A DNA stretch of 39,525 nt from Candidatus Blautia equi. GTDB lineage: Bacteria > Bacillota > Clostridia > Lachnospirales > Lachnospiraceae. Of this stretch, positions 9,734 through 18,886 are shown one piece after another. Made by a program: the position numbers and the translations under genes. Every line of letters begins with the position of its first letter. Positions within the stretch are counted from its first letter, which is position 1. The stretch is from the NCBI GenBank assembly GCA_018064695.1, contig JAGHUU010000077.1, positions 1 to 39,525 on the forward strand, written 5' to 3'. Under the pieces are notes generated by a model that worked only from the letters and a program-made list of their open reading frames with translations, did no database searches and was not told the origin of the DNA.

Positions 9734-10027
9734 ATGATTATTGTACTTGTTGAATACTTCTGCAAGGATAACTGCAGAGAGGATTTTTTACGCGCCCTTA
9801 AGGAGCAGAAGATCGATGCCATGTGCCAGGCGGAGGCAGGAAATCTGAAATATGATTATTCTCTTTCCGCGGACAGGGAAAATGTGCTGATCCTGAATGA
9901 GATCTGGAAGGATGCAGAGGCACTGAATCTTCACGGCAGCATGCCGCACATGAAACTGATCCCTGCTATCAAAGAAAAATACGTGGAAAAAACAGAGATC
10001 AGAAAATTCGAGGCAGCAGAACTGTAA
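9734..10027 (+). CDS. Antibiotic biosynthesis monooxygenase (ABM/quinol monooxygenase-like) protein
   Basis: 'EAGNLKY...EIWKDAEALNLHGSMPHM' ABM pattern. GGAGG RBS before ATG 9734. Confidence 0.85.
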   Translation: MIIVLVEYFCKDNCREDFLRALKEQKIDAMCQAEAGNLKYDYSLSADRENVLILNEIWKDAEALNLHGSMPHMKLIPAIKEKYVEKTEIRKFEAAEL

Positions 10028-10036
10028 GAGGACAAT

Positions 10037-10399
10037 ATGGATCCATTTGACATTTTAGGCATTCCCCGGAGTGCCTCCGAGGAAGAAATCAAAACCGCAT
10101 ATCGAAAACTGGCCAGGCGGTATCACCCCGACGGAAATGCAGATCCCGAAGCCTATGAAAAAATGCGAAGGATCAACGAGGCTTACGAGCTGATCAAGCA
10201 GATGAAGAAGAACCAGGGAGAGGATGTTGAGGACTGGGAATTCTATGATTTTTCCTACCGTAACAGTCACGGGATGGAGGAATATCAGAGAGGAAGCATC
10301 TTTCAGCGTCCCATGTTCCGGTGGATCGTGCTTCTTCTGATGATCGGAAGCATGCTGCTGACCACGTTTTTTGCAGCGTTTATGAAGGCCGGTTTTTAG
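10037..10399 (+). CDS. DnaJ (J-domain) protein with C-terminal membrane anchor
   Basis: DPFDILGI...IKTAYRKLARRYHPD...INEAY, then a hydrophobic C-terminal helix. Confidence 0.9.
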   Translation: MDPFDILGIPRSASEEEIKTAYRKLARRYHPDGNADPEAYEKMRRINEAYELIKQMKKNQGEDVEDWEFYDFSYRNSHGMEEYQRGSIFQRPMFRWIVLLLMIGSMLLTTFFAAFMKAGF

Positions 10400-10414
10400 G
10401 AAAGGCAGGAAAAT

Positions 10415-10966
10415 ATGAATCACGTAGGAACCAAAACGCTTGAAACAGGGCGTCTGATACTAAGAAGATACACTGTGGAGGATGCACAGCAGATGTACGA
10501 CAACTGGGCATCCAGTGAGGTTGTGACAGAGTATCTCAGCTGGCCGCCTCATGCCAGTGTGGATGTAACCAGAGCACTTCTGGAAGACTGGGTGGCTAAG
10601 TATGAAGAGCCATCCACGTATAACTGGGGAATTGAATTAAAAGAGACCGGTGAACTTGTAGGAAACATCGCCGCAGTGAGACAAAATGAAAAAATCTTTT
10701 GCGCAGAGATCGGCTGGGCTATAGGAGATCGCTGGTGGGGGCAGGGAATCATGCCTGAGGCAGCACACGCGGTATTCGGCTATCTTTTTAAGGAGGCTGG
10801 CTTCCAGCGCATCGAAGCGAAACACGATATCAAAAATCCAAAATCCGGACGGGTGATGCAGAAGATCGGAATGGTCTATGAGGGAACACTCAGAAGAGGC
10901 GGATGCAACAATTCCGGCATAGATGACAGAGCCATCTACTCAATGCTGCCGGAGGAATATAAATAA
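10415..10966 (+). CDS. GNAT N-acetyltransferase (RimJ/RimL-like)
   Basis: LETGRLILR, EIGW...WWGQGIMPEA and N.KSGRVMQKIGM motifs. Confidence 0.92.
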   Translation: MNHVGTKTLETGRLILRRYTVEDAQQMYDNWASSEVVTEYLSWPPHASVDVTRALLEDWVAKYEEPSTYNWGIELKETGELVGNIAAVRQNEKIFCAEIGWAIGDRWWGQGIMPEAAHAVFGYLFKEAGFQRIEAKHDIKNPKSGRVMQKIGMVYEGTLRRGGCNNSGIDDRAIYSMLPEEYK

Positions 10967-10979
10967 AAAGGAGATTGCT

Positions 10980-12575
10980 ATGGGAATGATGACAAGACCG
11001 ACCGTGACCACCATGGCCGACGGCGGAAAATACTGGGAACATGAATATGAGAAATTCAGTCTGAAAACATTCATACCTGCCACCACCATTGACGGTCAGG
11101 TGAACAACTACACCTTCCGCGCACCGCTTCTGCTGGTGTTTGAGGAAAAACAGCAGAGCATGGAGGAAGCTATTGCATTTGCTAAAGCGAGCGGTCTTGC
11201 GGATATTGCATCCGCAGTGGATTCCAGCGTTTTCTTTATCTATCCTACAAACGAGGGTGGATGGAAAAATGCCACCGAGGAGCTGTACATTGACCTCATC
11301 GGTGAAGTGAGAATGGTTCCTGAGTATGCAGACGGAATCTCTGAAGTCACCAATTTCTTCACAAAAGAATTCCAGGGATACTTCATCCGCGGCGCAATCT
11401 TCCGCGCAGATATCTATAGCTATGGAGAGTCCGCAGATTACGTGGCAACCCATCTCCTTAAGACCCTGCAGGGTCTGTACCTCTGGGGACCGGGCGAGAT
11501 CACACCTGCTATGTGCTCCATGGAGAGACTCAGCGTGGCTCCTGTGGTTGAGCGCAAAGACATCGCCGTGCTCAGCGTGGGCAATTCCGCAGCATGCAAC
11601 GAGGCTTTTGCAGGATGCGAGAACCTTCTTGTAAAAGAGACAGCGGATTATAAAGCAGATTTCAAAGCATTCGTACGCAAATTTAAAATGTGGTGCGGAC
11701 AGATCGATCTTGAGCCGGATTTTGAGGAGATGAACATGATCGAGGAGGCAGGATCCGTAGTGGTAAAGACTTCCGCGGACAACCTGAATTTCCCTGATCA
11801 GGCGGAGCATACCATCGGCTATTTTGCATACTACAACAAAGGCCTTATGGACAACGGTCCGGTGCCGATGCTGGTTGGTTTCCACGGAGGCGGAGATACC
11901 TCCATGTACCTCACCTTCGTGGCAGGCTGGTATGAGATCGCAAACAGATATAATTTCCTGTTCGTATCTCTGGATGACCACATGCTTGTCACCGCTACGG
12001 AGACTGTAGATCTCATTAACCATCTGAAAGAAAAATATAACGTGGATGAGAATCGCATTTATGCCGGCGGATTCTCCATGGGAAGCTGCAAGACCTGGGA
12101 GATGTTCCAGGAGTATCCGGAGATCTTTGCAGGATTTGCACCTGCCAGCGCTCTGTTCCCTGTAGCAACCAGCCCACTTTCCATGTCCCGCAGCGGCAGA
12201 CTGAACAAAGAGGTTCCTGTTCCGGTATTCTATTCCGGCGGCGAGGATTCCCATCTGGCAGAGCTTCCGTTCCAGGCAGATACCTCCATGGAAAGAATCC
12301 AGTACCTGGCAGAGGTCAATAAACTGAAAACCAAATTCGATATTAAATTTGAAGATAAAGAGAACTGGGAACAGCCGATCTGGGGCAAAACCGGTGACCG
12401 CGTAGAAAAATTCTTCGACGAGACCCGCGGCAGCACCCTGACCGTCCACTACTTCGACAGCTAAGACGGCGTATGCCGAACCGCCCTTGGCAGTGTCAGC
12501 GGACAGATCCACGAATGCCGCCCTCACTCCTGCGAACAGGCCTGGAAGTTTATCTCTCAGTTTACCAGAGAATAA
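10980..12575 (+). pseudogene. Alpha/beta-hydrolase esterase (PHB depolymerase/LpqC-like C-terminal domain) interrupted by in-frame TAA at 12462-12464
   Basis: FHGGG and RIYAGGFSMG (nucleophile Ser) motifs. The frame continues past the TAA as DGVCRTALGSVSGQIHECRPHSCEQAWKFISQFTRE* to 12575. AAGGAG RBS before ATG 10980. Confidence 0.75.
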
Positions 12576-12666
12576 TTAGCTCTTGGGGAAGAGGTGAGAG
12601 TTCACTTTGGGGAACTCTGGGGACGGAGTTCTGGGTTCACTTTTCAGAAAACAGGAGGAAATACAG

Positions 12667-13290
12667 ATGAAGATCACATGGTTAGGACATGCATGCTTTA
12701 AGGTGGAAGCAGACGGATACACCGTTGTTTTTGATCCATATAAAGACGGCTCTGTTCCGGGGCTGGGAAATGTCTCCGAAACTGCCAACATGGTTCTCTG
12801 CAGCCATGAGCACGGCGACCACAGCGGAAGAGAGTGCGTGAAGATCACAGACGGCACAGCGCCATTTACTGTAACTAAAATAGAGACTTATCACGACGAG
12901 ACAAAGGGAACCAAGCGCGGACCGAACACCATCCACATTCTGGATGACGGCACCTGCAAGGTGGCACATCTGGGTGACCTTGGCTGTGACCTGGAGCCTG
13001 CACAGATTGAACTTCTGAAGGACATGGATGCAGTGATGATCCCGGTAGGCGGCTTCTTTACCATCGATGCAAAACAGGCTGCAGCGCTGATAGGTGAGAT
13101 CCAGCCAAAGATGGCGATCCCAATGCATTTCAGAAGTGACAAAAATATGAAAAAGAATTTCGGCTACGATGTGATTGGCACCGTATCTGAGTTTACCAGG
13201 CTTTTTGAGGACGTAAAAGTTCTGGATGAAAGTTCCGCAGACACTGCAGAAGCAGCGGCAAAGATCGTTGTACTGCAGCCGGCGAACTGA
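12667..13290 (+). CDS. Metallo-beta-lactamase-fold hydrolase (UPF0173-like)
   Basis: ITWLGHACF, DPY, SHEHGDH, HLGDLG, PVGG and IPMHF motifs. AGGAGG RBS before ATG 12667. Confidence 0.92.
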   Translation: MKITWLGHACFKVEADGYTVVFDPYKDGSVPGLGNVSETANMVLCSHEHGDHSGRECVKITDGTAPFTVTKIETYHDETKGTKRGPNTIHILDDGTCKVAHLGDLGCDLEPAQIELLKDMDAVMIPVGGFFTIDAKQAAALIGEIQPKMAIPMHFRSDKNMKKNFGYDVIGTVSEFTRLFEDVKVLDESSADTAEAAAKIVVLQPAN

Positions 13291-13321
13291 TGATTGATTT
13301 ACAGAAAGAAACAGGTGTAGT

Positions 13322-14095
13322 ATGGCAAAAAATCATGATGTAATTATTGATAAAGAGAAATGTATCGGATGCGGATTATGTGCAAAGGACTGTGTTTCCG
13401 GCGCTATCCGTGTAGAAGAAGGAAAGGCAGTTGTGAACACGATGGGATGCATCGCCTGCGGACACTGCGAGGCAATCTGTCCTAAAAATGCAGTGACCAT
13501 CACAGGTTTCCACGAAGAGCCTATCGAATTTGAGGAGCAGACCAGACTGGACCCTGAGACCCTTATGAAAGCCATTCAGACCAGACGTACCATCCGTGTA
13601 TTTAAGGATCAGGAGGTTCCAAAGGAAGTGGTGAAACAGATCATCGAGGCCGGCAGACTGGCTCCAACCGGAGGCAACTCCCAGGATACCTTCTACGTAG
13701 TTCTGGGCTCTAAGCAGGCAGAGCTTGAAGGTCTGGCAGTGAAGCTGTTCCAGAAGATCACCCAGATGGCGAAACCAATTCTCCGATTCCTGAAGGGCAT
13801 GAACATCGAAGAGCATTTCTTTTTCAAGAAAGCCCCACTGGTCATCGTCATCATGGGAAGCAAGGTAAACGCATCTCTGGCAGCAGAGAATATGGCTTTC
13901 ATGGCGGAGGCCCACGGCCTTGGCGTTCTCTACAGCGGCTTTTTCACCATGTGTGTGAATCAGAACAGAAAGATCCGTGAGATCATGCGCCTGAAGAGAG
14001 GCGAAAAAGCCGTAACTACCCTGGTAATGGGTTATCCGGGTGTCAAATATCACAGAACCGTAAGACGTGAGGCTGCAAAAGTCAGAACTCTGTAA
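13322..14095 (+). CDS. Nitroreductase with N-terminal 2x[4Fe-4S] ferredoxin domain
   Basis: CIGCGLCAKDC and CIACGHCEAICP, plus RRTIRVF and APTGGNSQ nitroreductase motifs. Confidence 0.93.
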   Translation: MAKNHDVIIDKEKCIGCGLCAKDCVSGAIRVEEGKAVVNTMGCIACGHCEAICPKNAVTITGFHEEPIEFEEQTRLDPETLMKAIQTRRTIRVFKDQEVPKEVVKQIIEAGRLAPTGGNSQDTFYVVLGSKQAELEGLAVKLFQKITQMAKPILRFLKGMNIEEHFFFKKAPLVIVIMGSKVNASLAAENMAFMAEAHGLGVLYSGFFTMCVNQNRKIREIMRLKRGEKAVTTLVMGYPGVKYHRTVRREAAKVRTL

Positions 14096-14103
14096 AATAA
14101 AAG

Positions 14104-14175
14104 AGACAGTGAGACAAGGGGACAGGGACCTGGTCCAAAACCGGACCAGGTCCCTGTCCCCTTGTCTCGCTGTTT
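14104..14175. repeat. Long palindrome / REP-like doublet between convergent genes, probably also a terminator
   Basis: Perfect 26-bp arms GAGACAAGGGGACAGGGACCTGGTCC / GGACCAGGTCCCTGTCCCCTTGTCTC with a 6-nt loop, extendable with G-T pairs. Confidence 0.85.
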
Positions 14176-14182
14176 GTAAGAA

Positions 14183-14884
14183 TCAGACAAAGACTTCATC
14201 TTCCGTGATTCTGCAGGGAATCATGAAGACTTCAACGCCCGCTTTACGGGCGGCATTAAGGGCGGTGCCGAACTCAGGATGAGTAGCCATATTTGGGCGA
14301 ACCTCCGTAATTCCGTTCATCTGGATCACGAATGCGATAGCAGCATGATAGCCATCCTTCTGCGCCTGGATCAGCTCATGCAGGTGTTTCACACCGCGCT
14401 CCGTTGGAGCATCCGGAAAATAACCGGTGCCGTCGATCTCCAGGGTACAGCCCTTCACTTCCATGAGGTATTTCTCCTTGCCTTTTTCCATATAAAAATC
14501 AATGCGGGACTGGCCGTAAGTGTATTCCGGTTTGATATAGTCAAAACCCTGCCGTGAAAGCCAGAGCCCAGCCAGCTTATTGGGCATCTGGGAGTCAATA
14601 TTCACCCATCCCAGATTTTCCTTCCACACAGAAACCAGATCATACCGGGTCTTCCGTGCCGGGTTGTCCGATTCCTCCAGAATCACCGGGATGCCCGGCA
14701 GCAAAAGCTCCTTACATCTGCCGGTATTTTTCACATGAACCACTTCCTCAGCCCCATCTACTTCCACATGAGCAATAAAGCGGTTTGGCCGTCTCAGAAA
14801 CTTTGCAGTTCTGGTGCGCCTGTATTTCACAGACGCTGTATCAGAGTTTTCATCTATGCGCACGCCTCTGTCATTAACACTCAT
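14183..14884 (-). CDS. sfsA: DNA/RNA nuclease SfsA (sugar fermentation stimulation protein)
   Basis: RRPNRF, HVKNTGRCKELL, SRIDF, EVKGCTL and FPDAPTERGVKHL motifs. GGAGG RBS before ATG 14884; GTG 14830 is an alternative start. Confidence 0.93.
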   Translation of the reverse strand: MSVNDRGVRIDENSDTASVKYRRTRTAKFLRRPNRFIAHVEVDGAEEVVHVKNTGRCKELLLPGIPVILEESDNPARKTRYDLVSVWKENLGWVNIDSQMPNKLAGLWLSRQGFDYIKPEYTYGQSRIDFYMEKGKEKYLMEVKGCTLEIDGTGYFPDAPTERGVKHLHELIQAQKDGYHAAIAFVIQMNGITEVRPNMATHPEFGTALNAARKAGVEVFMIPCRITEDEVFV

Positions 14885-14980
14885 AGAGTTCCTCCCGCTA
14901 AAAAATAGAATTTCATCCTGTTGACAATGGTCAGCCATCTCTATAATTATGATGGAAAAGCAGATAAAAAGAAAGACCCA

Positions 14981-15122
14981 TTACAGTTCACACGGCACCT
15001 AATCACTTGCTGATTAGGTGACCGTAGAAAGTGATTCAGGGGTGAGCAGGCCTCTTTTGCGAAGCAAAACTTCAAATAGGCCTGTGAAGTTACTGTTTAC
15101 TGGCTTGCCAGTGAACAGTAAC
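14981..15122. repeat. Dispersed structured intergenic repeat, copy 2 (apparently full length, ~142 bp)
   Basis: Terminal inverted repeat TTACAGTTCAC / GTGAACAGTAA, a third core copy GTTACTGTTTAC at 15089, and several internal hairpins. Matches 1-100. Confidence 0.9.
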
Positions 15123-15232
15123 AAAGCCCCAAAATAGGACGGCAAAAGGCCTGCTATCAGATTGCATTTCCCATGTAAATGCACTAAAATACACCTATAT
15201 TGTGTTTCTAAAAAGACGATCGGGAGGATATT

Positions 15233-17827
15233 ATGGAAAACAACAGACCAAGAGGACGTGAAAAGCAGACTACCGGACAGTCAGCCGGAGTGCATCGTCG
15301 TGGAGAAGGACTTGGAACAGGTCCTGTGGGCGGAGGCCCTAAACAGCCTGCCGGCGGCAGCGGCGGAAGACAATCCGGCGGTGGCGGAAGAAGATCCGGA
15401 GGCGGAATGAATCCACTGTTCATTATTATTGCAGCCATCGTACTGTTCTTTGGAGGCGGAGAGGGACTTTCCTCTTTCTTAGGCGGCGGCGACAGCACCC
15501 CGCAGTACAGCACACAGCAGAGCAATACCTATCAGAACAGCGGCAATAGCACACACAGCAATAACAGCAGTTCTTACAACAATAACAGCAGCACAAACCA
15601 GAGCGGCTCTTACAGCAGCAACAGCAGCTCCCACAACAATAACCAGAACACCTATAATGATTTCAACACCCAGCTGAACGACTGGCTGCACAGCATGACC
15701 CAGCAGTACAGCACTCACCAGGGTTCCGGTTCCGGAAGTACCTATTCAAACAACAGCACTTCCGGCAATACCAGTAATAGCAGCAACACCGGCAGCGGCT
15801 ACACCAACTATTCCGAGAGCAGCAGTAATGCAGCAGCGGCAGACACCACAGTAGCATCCGGCACACGCAAAAAATACACCACCATCAAAGGCGGCGGCAA
15901 AGATACAAATACCATCATGGTCTACATGTGCGGTACCGACCTGGAATCCAGAAGCGGTATGGCATCCAACGACCTGCAGGAGATGGCCAATGCATCCCTT
16001 GGAAATAACGTAAACATCATCGTTTACACCGGCGGCTGCAAGAGCTGGAAGATCCGCGGCATCAGCAATCAGGTGAACCAGATCTACCAGATCGTAAACG
16101 GAAATCTCCGTACCCTGGAATCTGACATGGGCAACAAGAGCATGACAGATCCTGCAACCCTTACCGAATTTATCAAATACTGTAAAAAGAACTTTCCGGC
16201 AAACCGTAACGACCTGATCCTCTGGGATCACGGCGGCGGTTCCGTATCCGGTTACGGTTATGACGAGAAAAAAGGCTCCTACGCAGGTGCCATGAACCTC
16301 ACCGGCATCAGCAAGGCTCTGAAGGATGCCGACCTTAAATTTGATTTTGTAGGTTTTGACGCATGTCTTATGGCAGGTGCTGAGACCGCAAAAGCTATCG
16401 AGCCATATGCCGATTACATGATCGCATCCGAGGAGACCGAGCCTGGTATCGGCTGGTACTACACCCCATGGCTCAATGCCCTTGCAAAAAATCCATCCAT
16501 GGATACCGTAAGCATCGGCAAGAACATCATTGATAACTTCGTGGAAGACTGTGCAAGAAAGTGCCGCGGACAGCTCACCACTCTTTCCATTGTGGATCTG
16601 GCAGAGTTCAACAAGACGGTGCCTACCGCACTTAAGAAATTCTCCAGTGAGACTGCGGATCTTATCAAGAACAAGCAGTATAAACAGGTAGCTGTGGCAA
16701 GACAGGGCTCCCGTGAATTTGCAACTTCTACCCGCATCGATCAGGTAGACCTTGTGGATCTGGCAAGACGCATGAACACCAAATCCTCCGATACCCTGAT
16801 CAAAGCCATCCAGGGCTGTGTGAAGTACAACCGTACTTCTTCCAATATGACAAATGCAAGCGGACTTTCCATCTATTTCCCAAATCAGAAGCTCTCTTCT
16901 GTGGACAAGGCAGTGCAGATCAACAGTGCCATTGGAATGGACGACGAGTTTAACCGCTGTATCAAAGAATATGCATCCCTCCAGCTCTCCGGACAGAGTG
17001 TGGCACAGGGAAGCGGAAACAGCTACAGCCCATACCAGACCATCTTTGGCGGCAGCTCCTATTCAGGAAGCGCCGGCAGCGATATGACGGGACAGCTTCT
17101 GGAGGCGCTCTTTGGCGGCGGAGGCAGCAGCTATGGATTCCTGGGTGGCAGAAGCATCAGCACAGAGGAGACTGTGGATTATATCCAGGCAAACCAGTTT
17201 GACCCATCCCTGCTGATCTGGCAGGAGGGCAATGACGGTATCCCTGTTATCGACCTTCCGGAAGATCAGTGGAGCCTTCTCACAGACGCTGCCATGACCA
17301 TGTGGTATGATGACGGCGAAGGTTATGTGGATCTTGGCTGCGACAACCTGTTCAGCTTTGATGAGTACGGAAGACTCCAGGCAGAGACCGACAAAACCTG
17401 GCTCTCCATCAACAACCAGCCGGTAGCTTATTACTACGAAGAGACCATGGAGTACGGCGATGACTATACCATCACCGGTTATGTACCGGCCCTCTTAAAC
17501 GGAACCCGCGTACAGCTGAAGCTCACCTTCGATCAGGACAATCCATACGGATACATCGCAGGCGCAGTAGTTGATTACGTAGAGGGAGAGACAGAGACCA
17601 TCGCCAAGTCCGATGTGGAACTTCAGGCAGGCGACAAGCTGGATTTCCTTTGCGACTACTATGATTACGACGGAAACTATATAGACAGCTATTACCTCGG
17701 TGAACAGATGACCGTCACCGACAACATGGTGATCAGCAACGAATACGTGGGCGATGGCGGCGTATACATCAGCTACCGCTTCACAGACATCTACAACAAC
17801 CAGTACTGGACAGCAGGACTTGAGTAA
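15233..17827 (+). CDS. Membrane-anchored clostripain-family (peptidase C11) protein
   Basis: IMVYMCGTDLES, LILWDHGGG (His), GFDACLM (Cys) and ASEETEPG motifs. N-terminus has a Gly-rich segment, one TM helix and a Ser/Asn-rich linker. Confidence 0.92.
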   Translation: MENNRPRGREKQTTGQSAGVHRRGEGLGTGPVGGGPKQPAGGSGGRQSGGGGRRSGGGMNPLFIIIAAIVLFFGGGEGLSSFLGGGDSTPQYSTQQSNTYQNSGNSTHSNNSSSYNNNSSTNQSGSYSSNSSSHNNNQNTYNDFNTQLNDWLHSMTQQYSTHQGSGSGSTYSNNSTSGNTSNSSNTGSGYTNYSESSSNAAAADTTVASGTRKKYTTIKGGGKDTNTIMVYMCGTDLESRSGMASNDLQEMANASLGNNVNIIVYTGGCKSWKIRGISNQVNQIYQIVNGNLRTLESDMGNKSMTDPATLTEFIKYCKKNFPANRNDLILWDHGGGSVSGYGYDEKKGSYAGAMNLTGISKALKDADLKFDFVGFDACLMAGAETAKAIEPYADYMIASEETEPGIGWYYTPWLNALAKNPSMDTVSIGKNIIDNFVEDCARKCRGQLTTLSIVDLAEFNKTVPTALKKFSSETADLIKNKQYKQVAVARQGSREFATSTRIDQVDLVDLARRMNTKSSDTLIKAIQGCVKYNRTSSNMTNASGLSIYFPNQKLSSVDKAVQINSAIGMDDEFNRCIKEYASLQLSGQSVAQGSGNSYSPYQTIFGGSSYSGSAGSDMTGQLLEALFGGGGSSYGFLGGRSISTEETVDYIQANQFDPSLLIWQEGNDGIPVIDLPEDQWSLLTDAAMTMWYDDGEGYVDLGCDNLFSFDEYGRLQAETDKTWLSINNQPVAYYYEETMEYGDDYTITGYVPALLNGTRVQLKLTFDQDNPYGYIAGAVVDYVEGETETIAKSDVELQAGDKLDFLCDYYDYDGNYIDSYYLGEQMTVTDNMVISNEYVGDGGVYISYRFTDIYNNQYWTAGLE

Positions 17828-17877
17828 ATAAAAAGATCCGGAAAAACATGTGAAAATGTTTTTCCGGATCTTTTATT
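17827..17877. terminator. Bidirectional intrinsic terminator
   Basis: AAAAGATCCGGAAAAACAT-GTGAAA-ATGTTTTTCCGGATCTTTT between convergent genes. Confidence 0.85.
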
Positions 17878-18649
17878 AATGTCGTTGCTCAGTGTTACTG
17901 TAGGTTTCGCAGAAGCGGCAGGCGAAGGAGGTTTCTTCTTTGCCTGTGTAGAGGTGTGCGGTGTCTCCGATTCGGAGGGCGCGGAAGTAGGCAATTCCCT
18001 GCTCGCGTTCCTCAGTGACTACCTCGGTTACAGAGGTTGGCGCCATGGCCAGGCTGTGCCAGAGGATGAAGGGGGAGATATTCCACATATGTGCCAGCAG
18101 CACGCAGGTGACACCGAAGTGGCAGAAGAAAGTCAGCGTTTCCTCACTTTCTTTTTCCACACGGTAATATTTGCCATCTCTCACATAGCCGTGCTCCGCA
18201 AGGAGTTTATCAAAATTCTGTACTACGTCGTCGTAGACGGGAATCATATCACTGTGTCTGGATACTTCGGAATCTCTCCAGCCATCTGGGGTAGAGTATT
18301 CCGGGTGAGAAAGCCAGTATCCCGGAACAGCGTCCCATACGATGCGGTGGCGGAAGCGGTCATTCTCCGTAAATGTATCAGGATAAGCTTTCTGAAGCTC
18401 CTCCAATCCATTGATATCCAGATGCGCAGGGAATTCCTGCAGCCATGGACAGGTGGCGGCGGTGATGCCAAGCTTTTTAAGAGAATATGCAGCGGTATGC
18501 TGTGCCCGTCCAAGGGGCGACTGGAAAGCAGTGTCGATATGAAGATCTTCAATGATCTCGGATAACAGTTTGGCTTCTCTATGACCTTTCTCTGTCAGGG
18601 TATCATGCACATAGTCCGGATCCCCGTGACGAATAAATAATAATCTCAT
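17876..18649 (-). CDS. Histidine phosphatase (phosphoglycerate mutase-like) family protein
   Basis: FIRHGDP, LTEKG, SPLGRAQHTA and FCHFG motifs. Confidence 0.92.
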   Translation of the reverse strand: MRLLFIRHGDPDYVHDTLTEKGHREAKLLSEIIEDLHIDTAFQSPLGRAQHTAAYSLKKLGITAATCPWLQEFPAHLDINGLEELQKAYPDTFTENDRFRHRIVWDAVPGYWLSHPEYSTPDGWRDSEVSRHSDMIPVYDDVVQNFDKLLAEHGYVRDGKYYRVEKESEETLTFFCHFGVTCVLLAHMWNISPFILWHSLAMAPTSVTEVVTEEREQGIAYFRALRIGDTAHLYTGKEETSFACRFCETYSNTEQRH

Positions 18650-18685
18650 TTTTTTTCTCCTGAATTAAAAATCTCTTCACCGGAG

Positions 18686-18886
18686 TCACTGAAACAGTGT
18701 GCATCCGATGCTCTTATAATAAACGATCTTCTGCCGGATATCCTCCTCGGTGATATCAAAAGCCCGGGCCAGGCAGGGAATGCAGTAATATTTTGTAGTC
18801 CCCCTGTTGATCAGCTTTTTTGTGATGCCGATGTCATCGGCGGTCAGAGGCTTATGGCAGTAAAGGCAAACTTCAGCTTCGCCCAT
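18686..18886 (-). CDS. Small Cys-rich putative zinc-finger protein (66 aa)
   Basis: CLYC...CIPC...GCTLF. Its ATG overlaps the upstream TGA (TGATG), which suggests translational coupling. Confidence 0.75.
   Translation of the reverse strand: MGEAEVCLYCHKPLTADDIGITKKLINRGTTKYYCIPCLARAFDITEEDIRQKIVYYKSIGCTLFQ

Noticed and set aside
12473-12670. 65-aa ORF after the esterase
   Set aside because: Wrong frame. The region is better explained as the esterase C-terminus beyond the premature stop, plus intergenic DNA.
1-15122. The two repeat copies as ends of a 15-kb composite transposon or as CRISPR repeats
   Set aside because: There is no transposase or integrase, the enclosed genes are ordinary backbone genes, and there is no repeat-spacer periodicity or cas gene.
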